Assembly (NCBI RefSeq): GCF_006345805.1
Contig: NC_043018.1
Coordinates: forward strand, 16,740,001 to 16,804,000
Direction: 5' to 3'
From: Octopus sinensis
Taxonomy: Eukaryota
DNA: 64,000 nt
Numbering within the stretch: the stretch's first letter is position 1; each line of letters starts with the position of its first letter. The position numbers and the translations under genes were made by a program. Below, in pieces: positions 49,867 through 64,000 of the stretch. The notes under the pieces are model-generated. The model was given only the letters and a program-made list of their open reading frames with translations, did no database searches and was not told the DNA's origin.

Positions 49867-52331
49867 TATATATATATATATATATATACAATTACTGTTA
49901 ATCACAAACGAGTATGACCTAGTATCACGTACGAAGCTTTCGCTTATTGTGTGAGTGTGTATGTGTGTGCATGTGTGTATATGTGCGTATATGACTGTAT
50001 GTGTGTTTGGGTATACAATATTTATGTATTTATGTATACAATACATAAATACATATATGTGTATATATCACGATTAGAAACCCGTTTCTGTTAGCTTAGA
50101 GTTCCCAAGTGTCTTTCAGTGTTCGTTATTATTTATACAATCTGGTTTGTTTTGGTAAGAAGCGACCAGTGTTCATTATATATTTATTACATTATGTATG
50201 TCCCTGGCTAAATCTACATCACATTGTAAGCCATATCATGTATGTATACATTCTCATAAATATATTCATGCAATTTTATCGTGGAAAAAATTGTCGAGTA
50301 ACCTTAGTCGCATATGTCTCGCACATATTTAGTCGTATGCCTCGAGAAATACTCCAAATAATCTCTGCTAGAGTTTCTCTCTTAAACGGAAGCTTAACTG
50401 CAATAAAGATGGCTGAAACAATCTTATCAAAAGCTGGTGCGGTAGTGTTGTTACCATCTAAGTCTGTCTTCATTCACCAGACCTGTAATCAAATGCATTC
50501 CTGCTGTGGCTGTCTCGTCCGCTTTTTCAGGCAGAGCGTGATTAGATTTACACTTTCTATTGTGGTCTTGTTTTGTAAGAATAAATAAAGAAATACACCA
50601 CAGGAGATTTCCCAATTATTTCCAGCAGAATGAGTGATCACAAACATTCTCCATGTTGGACTTGTGGTTGGTGTTTATGTTAATGAGAAAGATTGAGCAA
50701 AATCGAATCATCATGGGGGTTGGAGTCGCACATCGTCGATTGGCAAAACATTTAGACACAGGCTGACAATCTGCCATTCATTTTAAGTGAGCCCGGTTTA
50801 TACAGGGAAATATCGTTTATCCGAAATTCGAATACCCAACAAAATTCGAAATCTTTTAGAGAGAGAAACACGCTACGAATGTAAAAATTCCCGATGGCAT
50901 TCAGAAAAGTTTTCAAAAGCCTTTCTGATGAGATATAGCAGTTATTAAGAAGACAACATTTAATACATGATTGACTTGTTCGAATATAGCAATGTCCAGT
51001 GTGTTGCAGTTACTCAGACCAGGTCTCTAATTTGAAGACACCCCATGAATGATGGTTTCATTATTCCTCACATACCACCTCACACCCAACACTCTCAGAA
51101 GCCCAAAGCACTGACTTCCTTCTTTGAATAAGCCACACAAATACAGGAAATATGAACTGCTTTTAGTGGTGGCTCGTGTATAGGAACTGCGGAAGTGCAG
51201 CGCCCTCTTTTAACTCGATATTAACATTCAATATAACGAATCCTTTTTTTCTTTAATTCTTTCTTTATACTCGTGCATTACATAATCCTTAAGCTTAATG
51301 TCATCAGCCATTCCCTAGTTTATGAAAAAAATACGAAAACAGTTCCAGCGACGCGGTATTTGGCTGTTGTGCGCATGCAAACATGTCCGAGATATGAAGC
51401 TTCACACTAGGGAGAAGAGAGAGCATTGCGTGAACGACAGTGCTGGGTGAAAGATAGTGTTTCTTTTTGAATCCGCGAGTGTTGTGCTTAAAAACGTGTT
51501 TATATTCTTGATTGCGATAAAGTGTAGAATTAGATCATTATCCTACTTCCAGCTTCAGTGTTGCTGCCAAGATCTGAAAAATAGGGTACATTTCCACTCC
51601 TTATTTTGTGAAATGGGGGTGTGTGGCTGAAAAGCAAGGGGGAATTCGCGGCGGTGTTCAGCGAACAAATTAAATACATTACCCGGCAGTGGCCAAAACG
51701 CGAATATGTTTGTTTCCTTTTACATATTATTAAAATAATGGCTAAACATTTTCTGAAGCAGCTCCCCAACTAATTTTATCTACGAGCCGCCACTGAGTGT
51801 TTTAGAAACGAAGTCTTTCAAATATGGAATTGAAACCGCCTCGCGGAACATACCTTTTAATGACCATATAGGGAAAAACAACAACAGAAGCTTTCTCCAG
51901 TGAAAATATCGTTGTATCTGTGAGTGATCTCGAGATTTCTAACATCACTTTCTGTTTTCTCCTATCTTTTGATCTGAACACCATGGCAACCGGCAGCTTC
52001 AACTCTTTTGTTTCTCATTAGTTCAATCACCAATAAAGGAAATGAAAATGCAGCGAACACTTATAGCAACGCATGCACGTGCACGCGCACACACACAGAG
52101 TCAGATATACATACTCCCCCTCACAATCACATATATATGCCCACATACACACACATAATCACATGCATAGACTTATTAATAAGTAATCAGTAAATTTTAA
52201 AACTGTTTTGTAATAAAATAGAAATACTTATCCTGTTCTTGAGCACTTTTCTTCCATCTGGGCAAATATAATTATATACATTTCATATATATCTTATGTT
52301 AGATATTTAGTTAATTAGTTAGTTAGTTAGT

Positions 52332-52403
<72 letters not shown>

Positions 52404-52703
52404 AAAGTTTCTTTATTGGCCACACAGGGCTGCACACAGATGGGACAAGTTACAAGGTAGAGCTTTTCTTTTGGGGGATGAAAAAAACAAAAAACAAAAA
52501 AACAAAAGAAACAAAAAAGGTGGCGTAGGTTTTCGATCAAAAGGGATCGTAAAAGGGGAAAAAAGAACAAAAAAAAAAAAGGGAAGGGAACAAAAGAAAA
52601 GAGAAATGAAAAAAACAAGAAAAAAGGGGAAAAAAAGGGGAAGAGGAAAAGGGGAAGAGATAGATAGATAGGTAGATAGATAGATAGGTAGATAGATAAA
52701 TAA

Positions 52704-52764
<61 letters not shown>

Positions 52765-53507
52765 CAGATAAATGTGTGTGAATATGTGTGCAGGTGGTGT
52801 GTGAGAGATAGATAGTGAGAGAGTGAGAGAGAGAGAGAGAGCGAAAGAGAGAGAGAGAAATAATTTACCTGACATAAATACTCCTGATTCCCTGCTGTGT
52901 TACAATCTTTCAAAAGAAATCGCTGCCTTGTCTCGAGCATCTGTATTTCAGCATTTTAGGACTCTGCCATTGAAAGCTTTATCCACTTCCAGCTGCCCTG
53001 TGCCACCAACATTTCTAGACTGTTCATCATCGCAGCCACATTAAGGAATTCACAACCCACGTTTCAAGTGAAGTTACCTGCGCAATGGAGATTTCCAGTG
53101 ATTTGGGAATGGGGTGGAATGGAGGAATCAGCTCCTGTAGCCATGGAAACCTAAGACAATTGTTTGCTCCTTCAAACTCAAAGAAGTTGGGTGAGGCTCT
53201 TAACTTCTTTTCCATTCTTTTTCCAGTTTGTCTACCTTTTCTTTTGTCTTCCAAGAATTATCAACAAAACTGCAGACCACAGCCCATCCATCAGTTTGGA
53301 CTTGCCCATTACGCTTCGGTGAACCATTCCTTCTTCAAGATCACTTCACCCAGTGTCTTTGGAACTACAAAACTGAACGACTTAGCTCAGAAATCTTGTT
53401 AAAATGGAACCTGCCACCCGATGCAAAGGTTTCAATTTTTTCCCACTCTTTTCCACCAGATTGTCTGAAAGCAATTTCTTATATGTATAATACATATAAA
53501 GGTACAT

Positions 53508-53562
<55 letters not shown>

Positions 53563-53669
53563 TTATTATTTATATGTGTATGTGTGTGAGTGTGCGTGAG
53601 TGTGTGTGTGTATGTATATGTAAATATATATATGTATGTATGTATATATGTATGTATGTATGTATGTAA

Positions 53670-53925
<256 letters not shown>

Positions 53926-54562
53926 CTATAAAGCAAAGCTATGCCGATGTAGGCCATATCTCTCCATTAGTAACCCACTCCACTCTCCTGTTCTCTGTTA
54001 GTTTGTGTATTTTCAATAAAGTCATTATAGAAGAACGGAGAATGTTCTTACAGCATTATGGAGTAACATGTGTTTCCACATCTATACTGAGTTATTCTAT
54101 GTTTATTCCTCGTCCTGCTCTGTTAATAATGTGTTGGTAGCGAGGGAATTACTTTTCCTCAGAAGAATGTAATTAAATACAAAATATATATTTGTGCCTA
54201 AATATAAATGCAATGTTTTCTGTATTTGAATTTATGTAAAAATATATATTTAGATTTAAATAAGCATTAAGTGAATGCCTGAAAATACTGAATACAATGT
54301 TTTGTTCAGTTTTATAAAAAATATTCACGATTTAGCAAATATATACAATAAAAGACAAAATATATGAAAGAGTATTTTCTGAACTATCGTCAAGAATTTT
54401 TTATTGTTCAGCTTTATACTATCTCAGTACAGATTGTAGGGACAAGGCCGTTCCTTAGGGCAAGGATGTTTACCTTTGCAAAATAGCATTTCTGGAAGAG
54501 TGTGACAAAGGGATATGCGTATATATTCTTTTATGAAATTTATTGTTTAGAACGAAAGTGTA

Positions 54563-54693
54563 GGCAACTGTAGTTAAACCCGTGCCCGGCCGTGGGGTCA
54601 TCTGGAGTTCTCTCCCCTGGTCAAATCGTTAACAACGAGGTGGCGCTCGTGAAAAGGGCATCACAGCCGGGCACGGATTTAACTACGGTTGCC
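54563..54693. mobile_element. 131-bp MITE-like element with 28-bp TIR
   Basis: GGCAACTGTAGTTAAACCCGTGCCCGGC versus its inverted copy at 54666-54693 (2 mismatches); no clear TSD. Confidence 0.6.
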
Positions 54694-55033
54694 AACAAAA
54701 GTATGAACCATTAAAAAGAACATAATTTTATTAAGAACATCAAATCTTTTTAATCCTAAATATGTTCACTTGACCCTGAAGAGATGCTGACACACGGCCG
54801 TTGGTCACAATTTCAGCGACATTCTTGAGTGAATGTGGATTCAATTTTTTCTTTGGCAGTCAAGGGAAAATGAGGAAATGCCCTGAATTCTCAAGTGGTT
54901 CTTGTACACCACAATCAATGTGGAAGTCCTAAAATTTTAAAAGGTTATGAATGAGAACATTGTTAAACAACCACTTTTTTGAAACACTATAGAAAACACA
55001 CAACTTTATAGTAATAATATCAGTGATTTCAAC

Positions 55034-55447
55034 AGGCGTAGGAATGGCTGTGTGATAAGTAGCTTGCTTACGAACCACATGGCTCCGGATTCAGTCCCAC
55101 TGCGTGGCACCTTGGGACAGTGTTTTCTACTATAGCCCCGGGCCGACCAAATCCTTGTGAGTGGATTTGGAAGACGGAAACTGAAAGAAGCCCGTCGTAT
55201 ATGTGTGTGTATGTGTGTGTGTGTGTGTGTGTTTGTGTGTCAGTATTTGTCCCCCCCAACATCGCTTGACAACCGATGCTGGTGTGTTTACGTCCCCGTA
55301 ACCTAGCGGTTCGGCAAAAGATACCGATAGAATAAGTAGTAGGGTTACAAAGAATAAGTCCTGGGGTCGATTTGCTCGACTAAAGGCGGTGCTCCAGCAT
55401 GGCCACAGTCACATGACTGAAACAAAAATGTAAAAGAGTAAAAGAGC
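55034..55447 (+). mobile_element. SINE family B
   Basis: Full length. Confidence 0.9.
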
Positions 55448-56410
55448 TTTTTATCGAAGCTCTTTTACTCTTCGATAAAAAGCGCATAAGCCACACCCGA
55501 GAGAACCACTACACTAAGAATAACGAACGAGAAACTAAAATCTTTAGCTCTCATACTTAACCCGGGTAAGCATATAAAATATATACCCACAGATTAATAT
55601 ATCCACAGCCACCAATAAATATACTGATATCCCCTCCCTCTGTAATCTATGTTGGGGTGCACAAGAGGTGCAGAAGAAATGCAATTGTACCTGAGCGTGT
55701 TCGACTCGATCTCAAGAGATGCAACCGTCGCCTAAATCTAGAGAAAGAGGGACATCGTGTGAATAGTTGCGAGAGTTTATAATGGTCTCACTGTCACACT
55801 GCATTTTGGATATGTTGTAGTGTGCAGTTACCACCTCCCTGGACAGTTGCAAGCAGGGTTTAACTTAAGAGAGGAATCCATGTGCCGCACTTCAAGCATT
55901 CAGCCGACATCCTTCGTGTTACAGCATTTTTTGTTTTGAAATGTTCTGCCGTTACACAACGATATGAAAGCAAATAAATAATACTTCAACTACTCATCAA
56001 ATTTTTATTGTTATTATCATTATTTTCTTTATTTTTGTCTAACAAGAAAATCGCTATATTTAAGCATTATCAGTATAATATATTTAAATATTATGATAAT
56101 GTTGTTGAAAATCTGTTTTATTCATCTTACGCCTAATTGACAACAGCCTCAAATTAGATTTCCAGTGATCTCTTCCACGTTTGTCAATGGTAAAATCCAT
56201 CAAAATTCTTACCCATTCTATAAATCCCAATCCAACAGAGACTTCTATTTGCTATAACATTACCTCACTCAGATTAATGCCATATGTTTGGAAGTTCTCT
56301 GGTTAGAAAGAAGAAAAGGTATTTACTTCTCATTTTCCCGTATCCCTTGGCATCACTCTCGATTTCCTTTCATTTTTTTTTATCCTTCTACACTCATATA
56401 TATATATATA

Positions 56411-56779
56411 TTTAAGTAGGTGAATGAATTATCCTAGTATGGATACTTCGGTTAATCGATACCTGGGTAGCAAATTCACGTCAGAAAACACGGTTGAAGC
56501 AACATGCCAAGGGCAAAACCCCGTGTTCCTGTGTGGAAATTTGTGTGTTTTTTTATATGAATAAATGAAAAGAATGGAGTCGAACGAAGATTTTAACAAA
56601 ATTCCTTTACTTTCGACACATGTTTCGAAGACTGTATATTCTTAATTCCGAAGGAATAAAGTGTGCATTATGCCGTCTTCTCTTCAGGAAAGTCAAGGAG
56701 CCTCTATCAGTCTCACGACGAACAAAATCTTTTTGATGACTGCCTACATTGTGACCGCAGTGATAATGAGTGTTTTTAA

Positions 56780-56783
<4 letters not shown>
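56411..56783 (-). mobile_element. PLE pLTR-like element with hammerhead, flanked by (TA)n on both sides
   Basis: Contains the canonical hammerhead. 56412-56580 is the reverse complement of 23682-23845. Confidence 0.65.
56609..56693 (-). ncRNA. Type I hammerhead ribozyme, canonical core
   Basis: Minus strand reads ACTTTC-CTGAAGA-GAAGAC-(42 nt)-GTCTTC-GAAAC-ATGT-GTC-GAAAGT. Stem I 6 bp, stem II 6 bp, 2-bp stem III with palindromic ACATGT, GUC cleavage triplet. Confidence 0.8.
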
Positions 56784-56845
<62 letters not shown>

Positions 56846-57837
56846 CTAATTATATATATATACATATCTAAGTCTTTCAATATCCATCCATCTACTAATC
56901 CATCCATTCATAATTCCTTCCCTCCTTCTTTGATCGATTTCTTCCTTCCATCAATCCATCCATCCACCTACACTTCACCGGATATCCACACATAAATCCA
57001 TATATCTGTATAAAAACCTATATGTTTATTGATGAATATAAGTAACCATTCTTTCCCTCCTTCAACTTCCTTCAACAATACTCCTCAGCCTCTCACCCTC
57101 AATCTAAGTCTCTCTCTCTCATTAAACCCAGTCCCTCGTCTCTACAAAAGCCCTCTTCTTGCTCATCACTTCCGCATTCGTTCTTACAATGTCATGCGTT
57201 TCTCTTCGTTTCGTCCAACTTACACCATTCTTAAATTCATTAAACACTCATCTCTTCTCAGTCCTTCATTCTCTGTCAGTCTGTCTCTCTCTCCCCCTCT
57301 TCACACTTTATCACACAATTAACCCAGAGAGCAAAGACAACAACCAAACCAACAAACACAAACTTAAACGCCACACAACAAAACAAAAAAGCACAACGAC
57401 ATAAAAACAAACAAACAAACAAATAAACACGTAAAATATTTAAAACAAACACTGAAGTAATTTCATTTATTCTGGATTTGATTCAACAAAGTTATCCCCC
57501 CCTCCCCGCTTCTATTTTTCCTTACTGAAAGGCGGCGGCAGATGGCGCTTGTTGCTGATTGTATTTCTGATTATATTCAATTGAAAAAACAATTCAACCA
57601 CTCTTCTCTCATGATTAACCTATTTGTCGTTTGTTTCACTCGACCTACATGGCATACGGTAATTTTGTCAAAAAATGATTTTAATTTCCACCATGTGTTT
57701 TATTATTTGCCTGAGGTTGACAGGGGAGGAGGTGAAGAGAAGAATACCGGTTGCTTTTATGTTACATAAACGTATGTGTATGTGTATATTCATGTATATA
57801 TACGTGTGTGCATGCAGTTGTGTGTGTGTGTGTGTGA

Positions 57838-58310
<473 letters not shown>

Positions 58311-60520
58311 GTTATCTCCTCTTTTATATACACTTGTTGTATATACAATATATCTGATAAAAAATCCTCTTCTCGTGCATAAAATATCCTTAACAATATG
58401 TTCGATGGTTCAAAGCTTACCAGTGGCTAAACAATAACAACAACAAAAATATCTCCAACTGCAACCGTTATTTACAATTGCTGATTGGTCCCATGGTGGC
58501 GAGAAGGCTCTCCCCACCACGTCTCACCTTTGATCTAGTGGAACAACTGGAATGTTAGAAAAAGAGAACTTCGTCAGTCCTGGGCTGCTGCTTTCCTCAT
58601 CAAGCACGAAAGGATGGAAAATAAAAACAAAGTTTACCTCGGTGGGATTTGAACTCAGATCGCGGGGAGCGAAAATGCGGTAATGCATTTTATATGACAT
58701 TGTAATGACTCTGCCAATCGTACTCTAAGACATTTCGCTGCTTACTTCGAAGTCCGCCTAAAATTACGCAGGTAGTTAAATACTTTTATTTCTGTTCGGT
58801 AAACTGATAAATGTCTCCTGAGAGAGATCAACGACTTCAATCAAATAAACGACTTTCATTAGTTTAATTATAATTAATGACTTTGGTGGAGGCAGGATGG
58901 CGGATGCTCGATGGAGTCTGTATTGACCAGTTTGTGTTTGTGTCAACTGAAATATCTCTTCATTATATCTCTTCATACAAACGTTCAAAATAAACACTAA
59001 TGGTTGCTTGAGCACATCAAAAATGCCATACCACCGTATATGGAATTAATAGATTTATTTTAGATGTACAAATGAAAAATTTGTTTCATTTAGTCGTATT
59101 TTAATTCAGAAAATATTTTTTATTTTGAAAATAAATTACTGTTCATTATTTTGTTTGCACAAGCGTAATAAAATTTGAGAAATGTCAAAATGTAATTTTT
59201 GTACCTGTGTAACGGTTATCTGTGTACAATGCATTACTGATCACAGTCCAGCTAACAAAAGTTCAACGGTGCCGAGTTATATTAAACGTTAGGAAACGGA
59301 ATTAAAAACCAAACAGAACAACTCACAAGATTCAAAATGCTCACCATTGGGTTTTCTGGGGAAATATAAAAGAAAAATACTTGATGCATTTAATGTACGA
59401 AACAAGGAGTAACCTAGTGAAGGAAGAACGTTTCTGTTTAAAATAGCTGCTAAAATCTCTGTTGGGTTAACATATCGCCTTATAGTAAGGCGATGTGTTA
59501 GTTGAATTCATAAAAATAACACAGGATGACCCAAAATGTGCTTGGATCGGTATATCTTGCAGCTAAGCCACAATATCAAAAAACAAAAGAACAGGTAAGG
59601 GAGTGTTGTTAAAAACCCTGTTTCTCAGCCAAGTGGTTCAGGGTTTCATGGAAACCATCTTGCGTTATTTGTTCAGCCCGAGTTGCACAAACATCCTGGC
59701 TTTTTTGCCCATCAGAAATACAATAAATGAGCAATTGGCTTTTGGAAAACCTACAGCCAACGCTATTACTGCTTATTTACAATGATGTAAATAAATCAGC
59801 ACATCAAATCCGATACTATGCCATCCATACATGAATAAAGCCATTACAATAATAATTATAGATTTGATAGTAATGAAGTAGTTGCTAAGATGTTTAAATA
59901 TCTGTATTAATATTGCTCATTGGTGGTTGCTTGGTCACGTTAAAAATGTCACGCCACCTTCTGTGCAATGACTCAATATGTTCTATTCATAATTAATTAG
60001 GAGTAAAGCAATACATATTTATGAGGCTAGCACGAAGTTTGATTACTGAGCAAGGAAAGGAGGTCAGTGTTTCATCATGCGATTAATCACAGTCAGGATT
60101 AGGGACGTTAGACGGAAATTTATTGTCGTGTTGTTTGATAGACTCAGTTGTTGGTATCAGTTTGAATTATTTCAACGTTCGAAAATATACTGAAATGAAT
60201 TTGAAATTCTATGAGTTATTTCTTTTCTCTCTCTCCCTCCTTCTCTCCTTCCCTCCCTCAATTTGTCTGTCTGTCTGTCTGCTTCTCTCTCTCCCCCTCT
60301 CCTGTTTCTCTCAGTTTTAATAGTTTTTTTTCTTTCTTATCGCACTTGCCCCGGGATGAATAACTCCGTTTTCTCTCTAGCCACGCACTCACAAACACTC
60401 ACGTACTCTTGTATGTGGGGGTTTTGTGTGCGTTGTGTGTGTGTGTGTTGTGTGTGTGTGCGTATGTGTTGTGAGTGTGCGCGTGTGTTGTGTGTGTGCA
60501 TGTGCATCAGTGTATACACA

Positions 60521-60641
60521 AATGGGTCCAGGTTCAGTCCTACTGCGTGGAACCTTGGGCAAGTGTTTTCTACTATATCCTCAGGCCGACCAAAGCCTTG
60601 TGAGTGGATTTCGTAGAGGGAAACTGGAAGAAGCCCGTCGT
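60521..60641 (+). mobile_element. SINE family B, partial
   Basis: B-box and core only. Confidence 0.7.
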
Positions 60642-60849
60642 TTATGCGTAGCCCTTATAAAACTATTTTCACTGTCCTGTTTGTGTAACAGAAAACCCAC
60701 ACATACAAGAGTGCGCGGCTAGAGAGAAAACGGAGTTATTAATCCCAGGGCAAATGCGATAAGAAAGAAAAAACTATTAAAACTGAGAGAAGGAGGAGAG
60801 AGGAGAGAGATTCTGACCCTCCGCAAAATCCCAAATTTTATTTAATTTG

Positions 60850-61075
60850 CTTTGCAGGAGCAACAGTTTTATCGAAAGCGTATATTATTGTTGAATGCTC
60901 GATATACGAGACTAGTAAAAAAACAGCCAACAACCGATGAAGGGTCGCTCTTTACGTTGTTTGTCTTGTTTTCCATTTGTGTCTTTTGATGTTCAAAAAA
61001 AATAGTCCCATATTCCATGTACTCGTGCTTCCTATATTTTTGTTTGCACACGTTCATGACACGTCCTGTGTCCAT
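60850..61075. mobile_element. Probable PLE-type terminal fragment abutting (TA)n
   Basis: Complex segment running into (TA)n; contains CCGATGAAGGG but no complete ribozyme. Confidence 0.25.
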
Positions 61076-61102
61076 ATATGCATATATATATGCATATATA
61101 TA

Positions 61103-61167
<65 letters not shown>

Positions 61168-61185
61168 TAGTATGATATATATATA

Positions 61186-61225
<40 letters not shown>

Positions 61226-61270
61226 TATTATATTATATATATATATATATATAGGCATTATATATATATA

Positions 61271-61315
<45 letters not shown>

Positions 61316-61419
61316 TACGGGAGCAACTACGAACAAACAAAGAACTAATGATGTTGTCCAAGATTTCTATTTTGTGAAGACAGCTTTGAGGATAAACATA
61401 GCCTTTTCTCCTCCTCCTC

Positions 61420-61563
61420 CTCTACCACCAACCACCACCACCACCACCACCACCACCACCATCACCACCATCACCACCACCACCACCACCACCACCATCA
61501 CCACCACCCACCACCACCACCATACCACCACCACCACTACCACCACCACCACCACCACCACAA
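61420..61563. repeat. (CAC)n microsatellite
   Basis: Direct reading. Confidence 0.95.
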
Positions 61564-62477
61564 AATCGATACCCATCACCAACAACGAACCAATGAGAAC
61601 CCAAATGCTAAGTAAACGCTAACCCTGCAAGAAATAGCGACCAAATTCTCTCCAAACCACGACTAAGCAAACCAAAAGGGAAACGAAATCGGCGTTTAAG
61701 GTAACGTAGTCCTAGGTTGACTTCACCAAAAACAATACAAAAGATAAATGCGGTGGTCATGACAGGAATAGACGTCATGCGTGCAACAGATTTGACCTAG
61801 GGCTAAAAGAATCATTACCATCAATATTTGTGCTACTTTGGTATTGCTATGGAGACACATTCAAAGACTTTTTCTTGATCGCATTCGAAAGAAAACTGCG
61901 GAAAACGAAATCTAAAATATTTCAAATTAAACGCTTACATCTTCGAAACCCCACCTCAACCACCGCCACCGCCGCCACCACCGCTTCCACCGCTTCCACC
62001 GCTTCCACCGCTGCCGCCGCCGCCGTACTGCCACCACCACCACCACCGCCGCCCACGCTGCCGCCCTAGGCACTGGCAGTTCCAAAAAATACATTTTTTT
62101 CTGGATAATAAGAAAGATCTCGTCCAAAATTTTAATTTCCGACTCAAAATGAAAGTTCACCTTTGCTACAACATTTAATCTCAGAGAATCTTTTTGAAAA
62201 CATCAATAATTCTTCGCGAGGAATGACTACTTGGCGCAGAAAAGGAATTTATTTATGTAATCTTTATTTTCTCCCCGGGTCTGGGGCGACGGTGGAGGCA
62301 ACAGTAGCAAAGATCGCCTCTTTTCTGGAAAGTTCATTATAACACATAGCGGCTCCTCCGCACGGAACACACCACCATCCCTCATAACACATACATGTGG
62401 GACCACTTGCGCTTTTCGTCGCTTTTTGCTCTCCTTTCCTTTTTTTATACATTGACATCTCTCTCCTCTGTCTCTCC

Positions 62478-62723
62478 TGTAATATATATATATATATATA
62501 TCTATATATATATATATATAATATATAAATTTAATGTTATATATATATATAGTATATATATATATATGTATATAGTGTATGTATATATATACACATATAT
62601 TATACACATTACACATATATTTATATATAAATATGTGTGTGTTAGTGTGGATGCATATTAATATATAATATATATATTATATATGTATATATATGTATAT
62701 GTATATATATAAATATACAAACA

Positions 62724-62762
<39 letters not shown>

Positions 62763-62765
62763 ATT

Positions 62766-62801
<36 letters not shown>

Positions 62802-63040
62802 CATCTATATATCATATATATATATATATTATAATATATAGACATACTATATATGCCTAGTATATATATATATAGATAATACACACATATATGTGCTATA
62901 TATATATATATTCATATATATATATATATAATTATATATATATATATATAATATATATATATAGACATACATATATATGTATGTATATATTATATATATA
63001 TATATACACACATATATATGTATGTCTATATATATATCTA

Positions 63041-63076
<36 letters not shown>

Positions 63077-63182
63077 ATATATATATGTATATAGATATAT
63101 ATATATTATACCTATATATATATAATATATATATATATTATTTATATATGTATATATATATATATATATATACATATATATA
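62478..63182. repeat. (TA)-rich compound microsatellite
   Basis: Direct reading. Confidence 0.95.
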
Positions 63183-64000
63183 CTTCGCCAGTACCTTCTG
63201 TTTCAGCAATTTGTTAGGCTTTCAGCTCGTGTGACATTTTGATATGTTTCAGCGGGCGGGGGTCGGAGTGGGGGGTGAGGGTGGGATCGCAATGATATAT
63301 TCCTGCAAAAGTCAGGATTTTTCTTCAAAAAAATCTAACGATGCCGCCGCCGCCGCCGTCTTCCAGCTCCAACCTGCAGAACTCCTTTCTTGTTCGAATT
63401 TTTATCCTATTTACTTTCTTACGTTTCACTTTTTATATGTCTTTTGACAATGGTTTACATTCGAAATATTCTTGCGATTTATCCCTTGTAATCCTGGGTA
63501 ACAATTCCCAGAGATGAGGAAGAAAGAACAAGTGGATCGAATCAAATCAAAAAAAAAAAAAAAAAGAAGGAAAAATGAACACCAGCAGATATAGGATATT
63601 GAGACGTGTACTGGAAGCGTATTATGGTAGCATTGATGTTATTAATGTAAATTAGATATGACAGCTCTGTAATTCTTTAAATGGCTTGGTTTGGCATAGC
63701 GTGCTAGCACGTCGCTTCCTTTCGGTTTAGCTATTATTAAATATTCGTTTGCAATTAGCTATCAGGTGAATTATGCAGAAACCTTCCCTCTCACTCCTCA
63801 TCCCCCCACACACACACATGCATGCAACCTTTAAACTCACATACTTTGATATAGATCCCCAAAATACATTTAGCCATGTACGCATGCAGTTATGTAGGTA
63901 TGTATATATGTGTGTATGCATCTATGTATGTGTCTATTTACCAGTGTAAAACACACACTTTTGTTGTGTATATATTATATATATATATATAATATATATA

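Noticed and set aside
50109-50588. 159-aa plus ORF and overlapping minus ORF
   Set aside because: No recognisable domain or splice context.

Overview
AT-rich eukaryotic DNA dominated by microsatellites and transposable elements. The SINE families and repeat landscape suggest an octopus/cephalopod genome; this is an inference from recalled repeat families, not a search result. Only one intact protein-coding gene is recognisable: an intronless PKA type II regulatory subunit (16011-17129, minus). Both of its cyclic-nucleotide pockets read PRSA instead of the canonical PRAA, which is a PKG-like feature. The rest comprises tRNA-derived SINEs (at least three families), R4/Dong-type LINE fragments in (TAA)n tracts, Tx1/L1-like and RTE fragments, hAT and piggyBac MITEs, a Helitron-like element, a ~1.5-kb triplication beside the gene, 21-bp and 170-bp tandem arrays and a 100-N gap. 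The most striking hidden signal is a set of short non-coding elements, mostly in or beside (TA)n tracts, carrying type I hammerhead ribozyme motifs of the Penelope-like-element (PLE) kind. One is fully canonical (56609-56693, minus), two have canonical cores with decayed stems, and six carry core variants (U4C twice, A6U four times). All structures were read by eye; no folding or database search was run.
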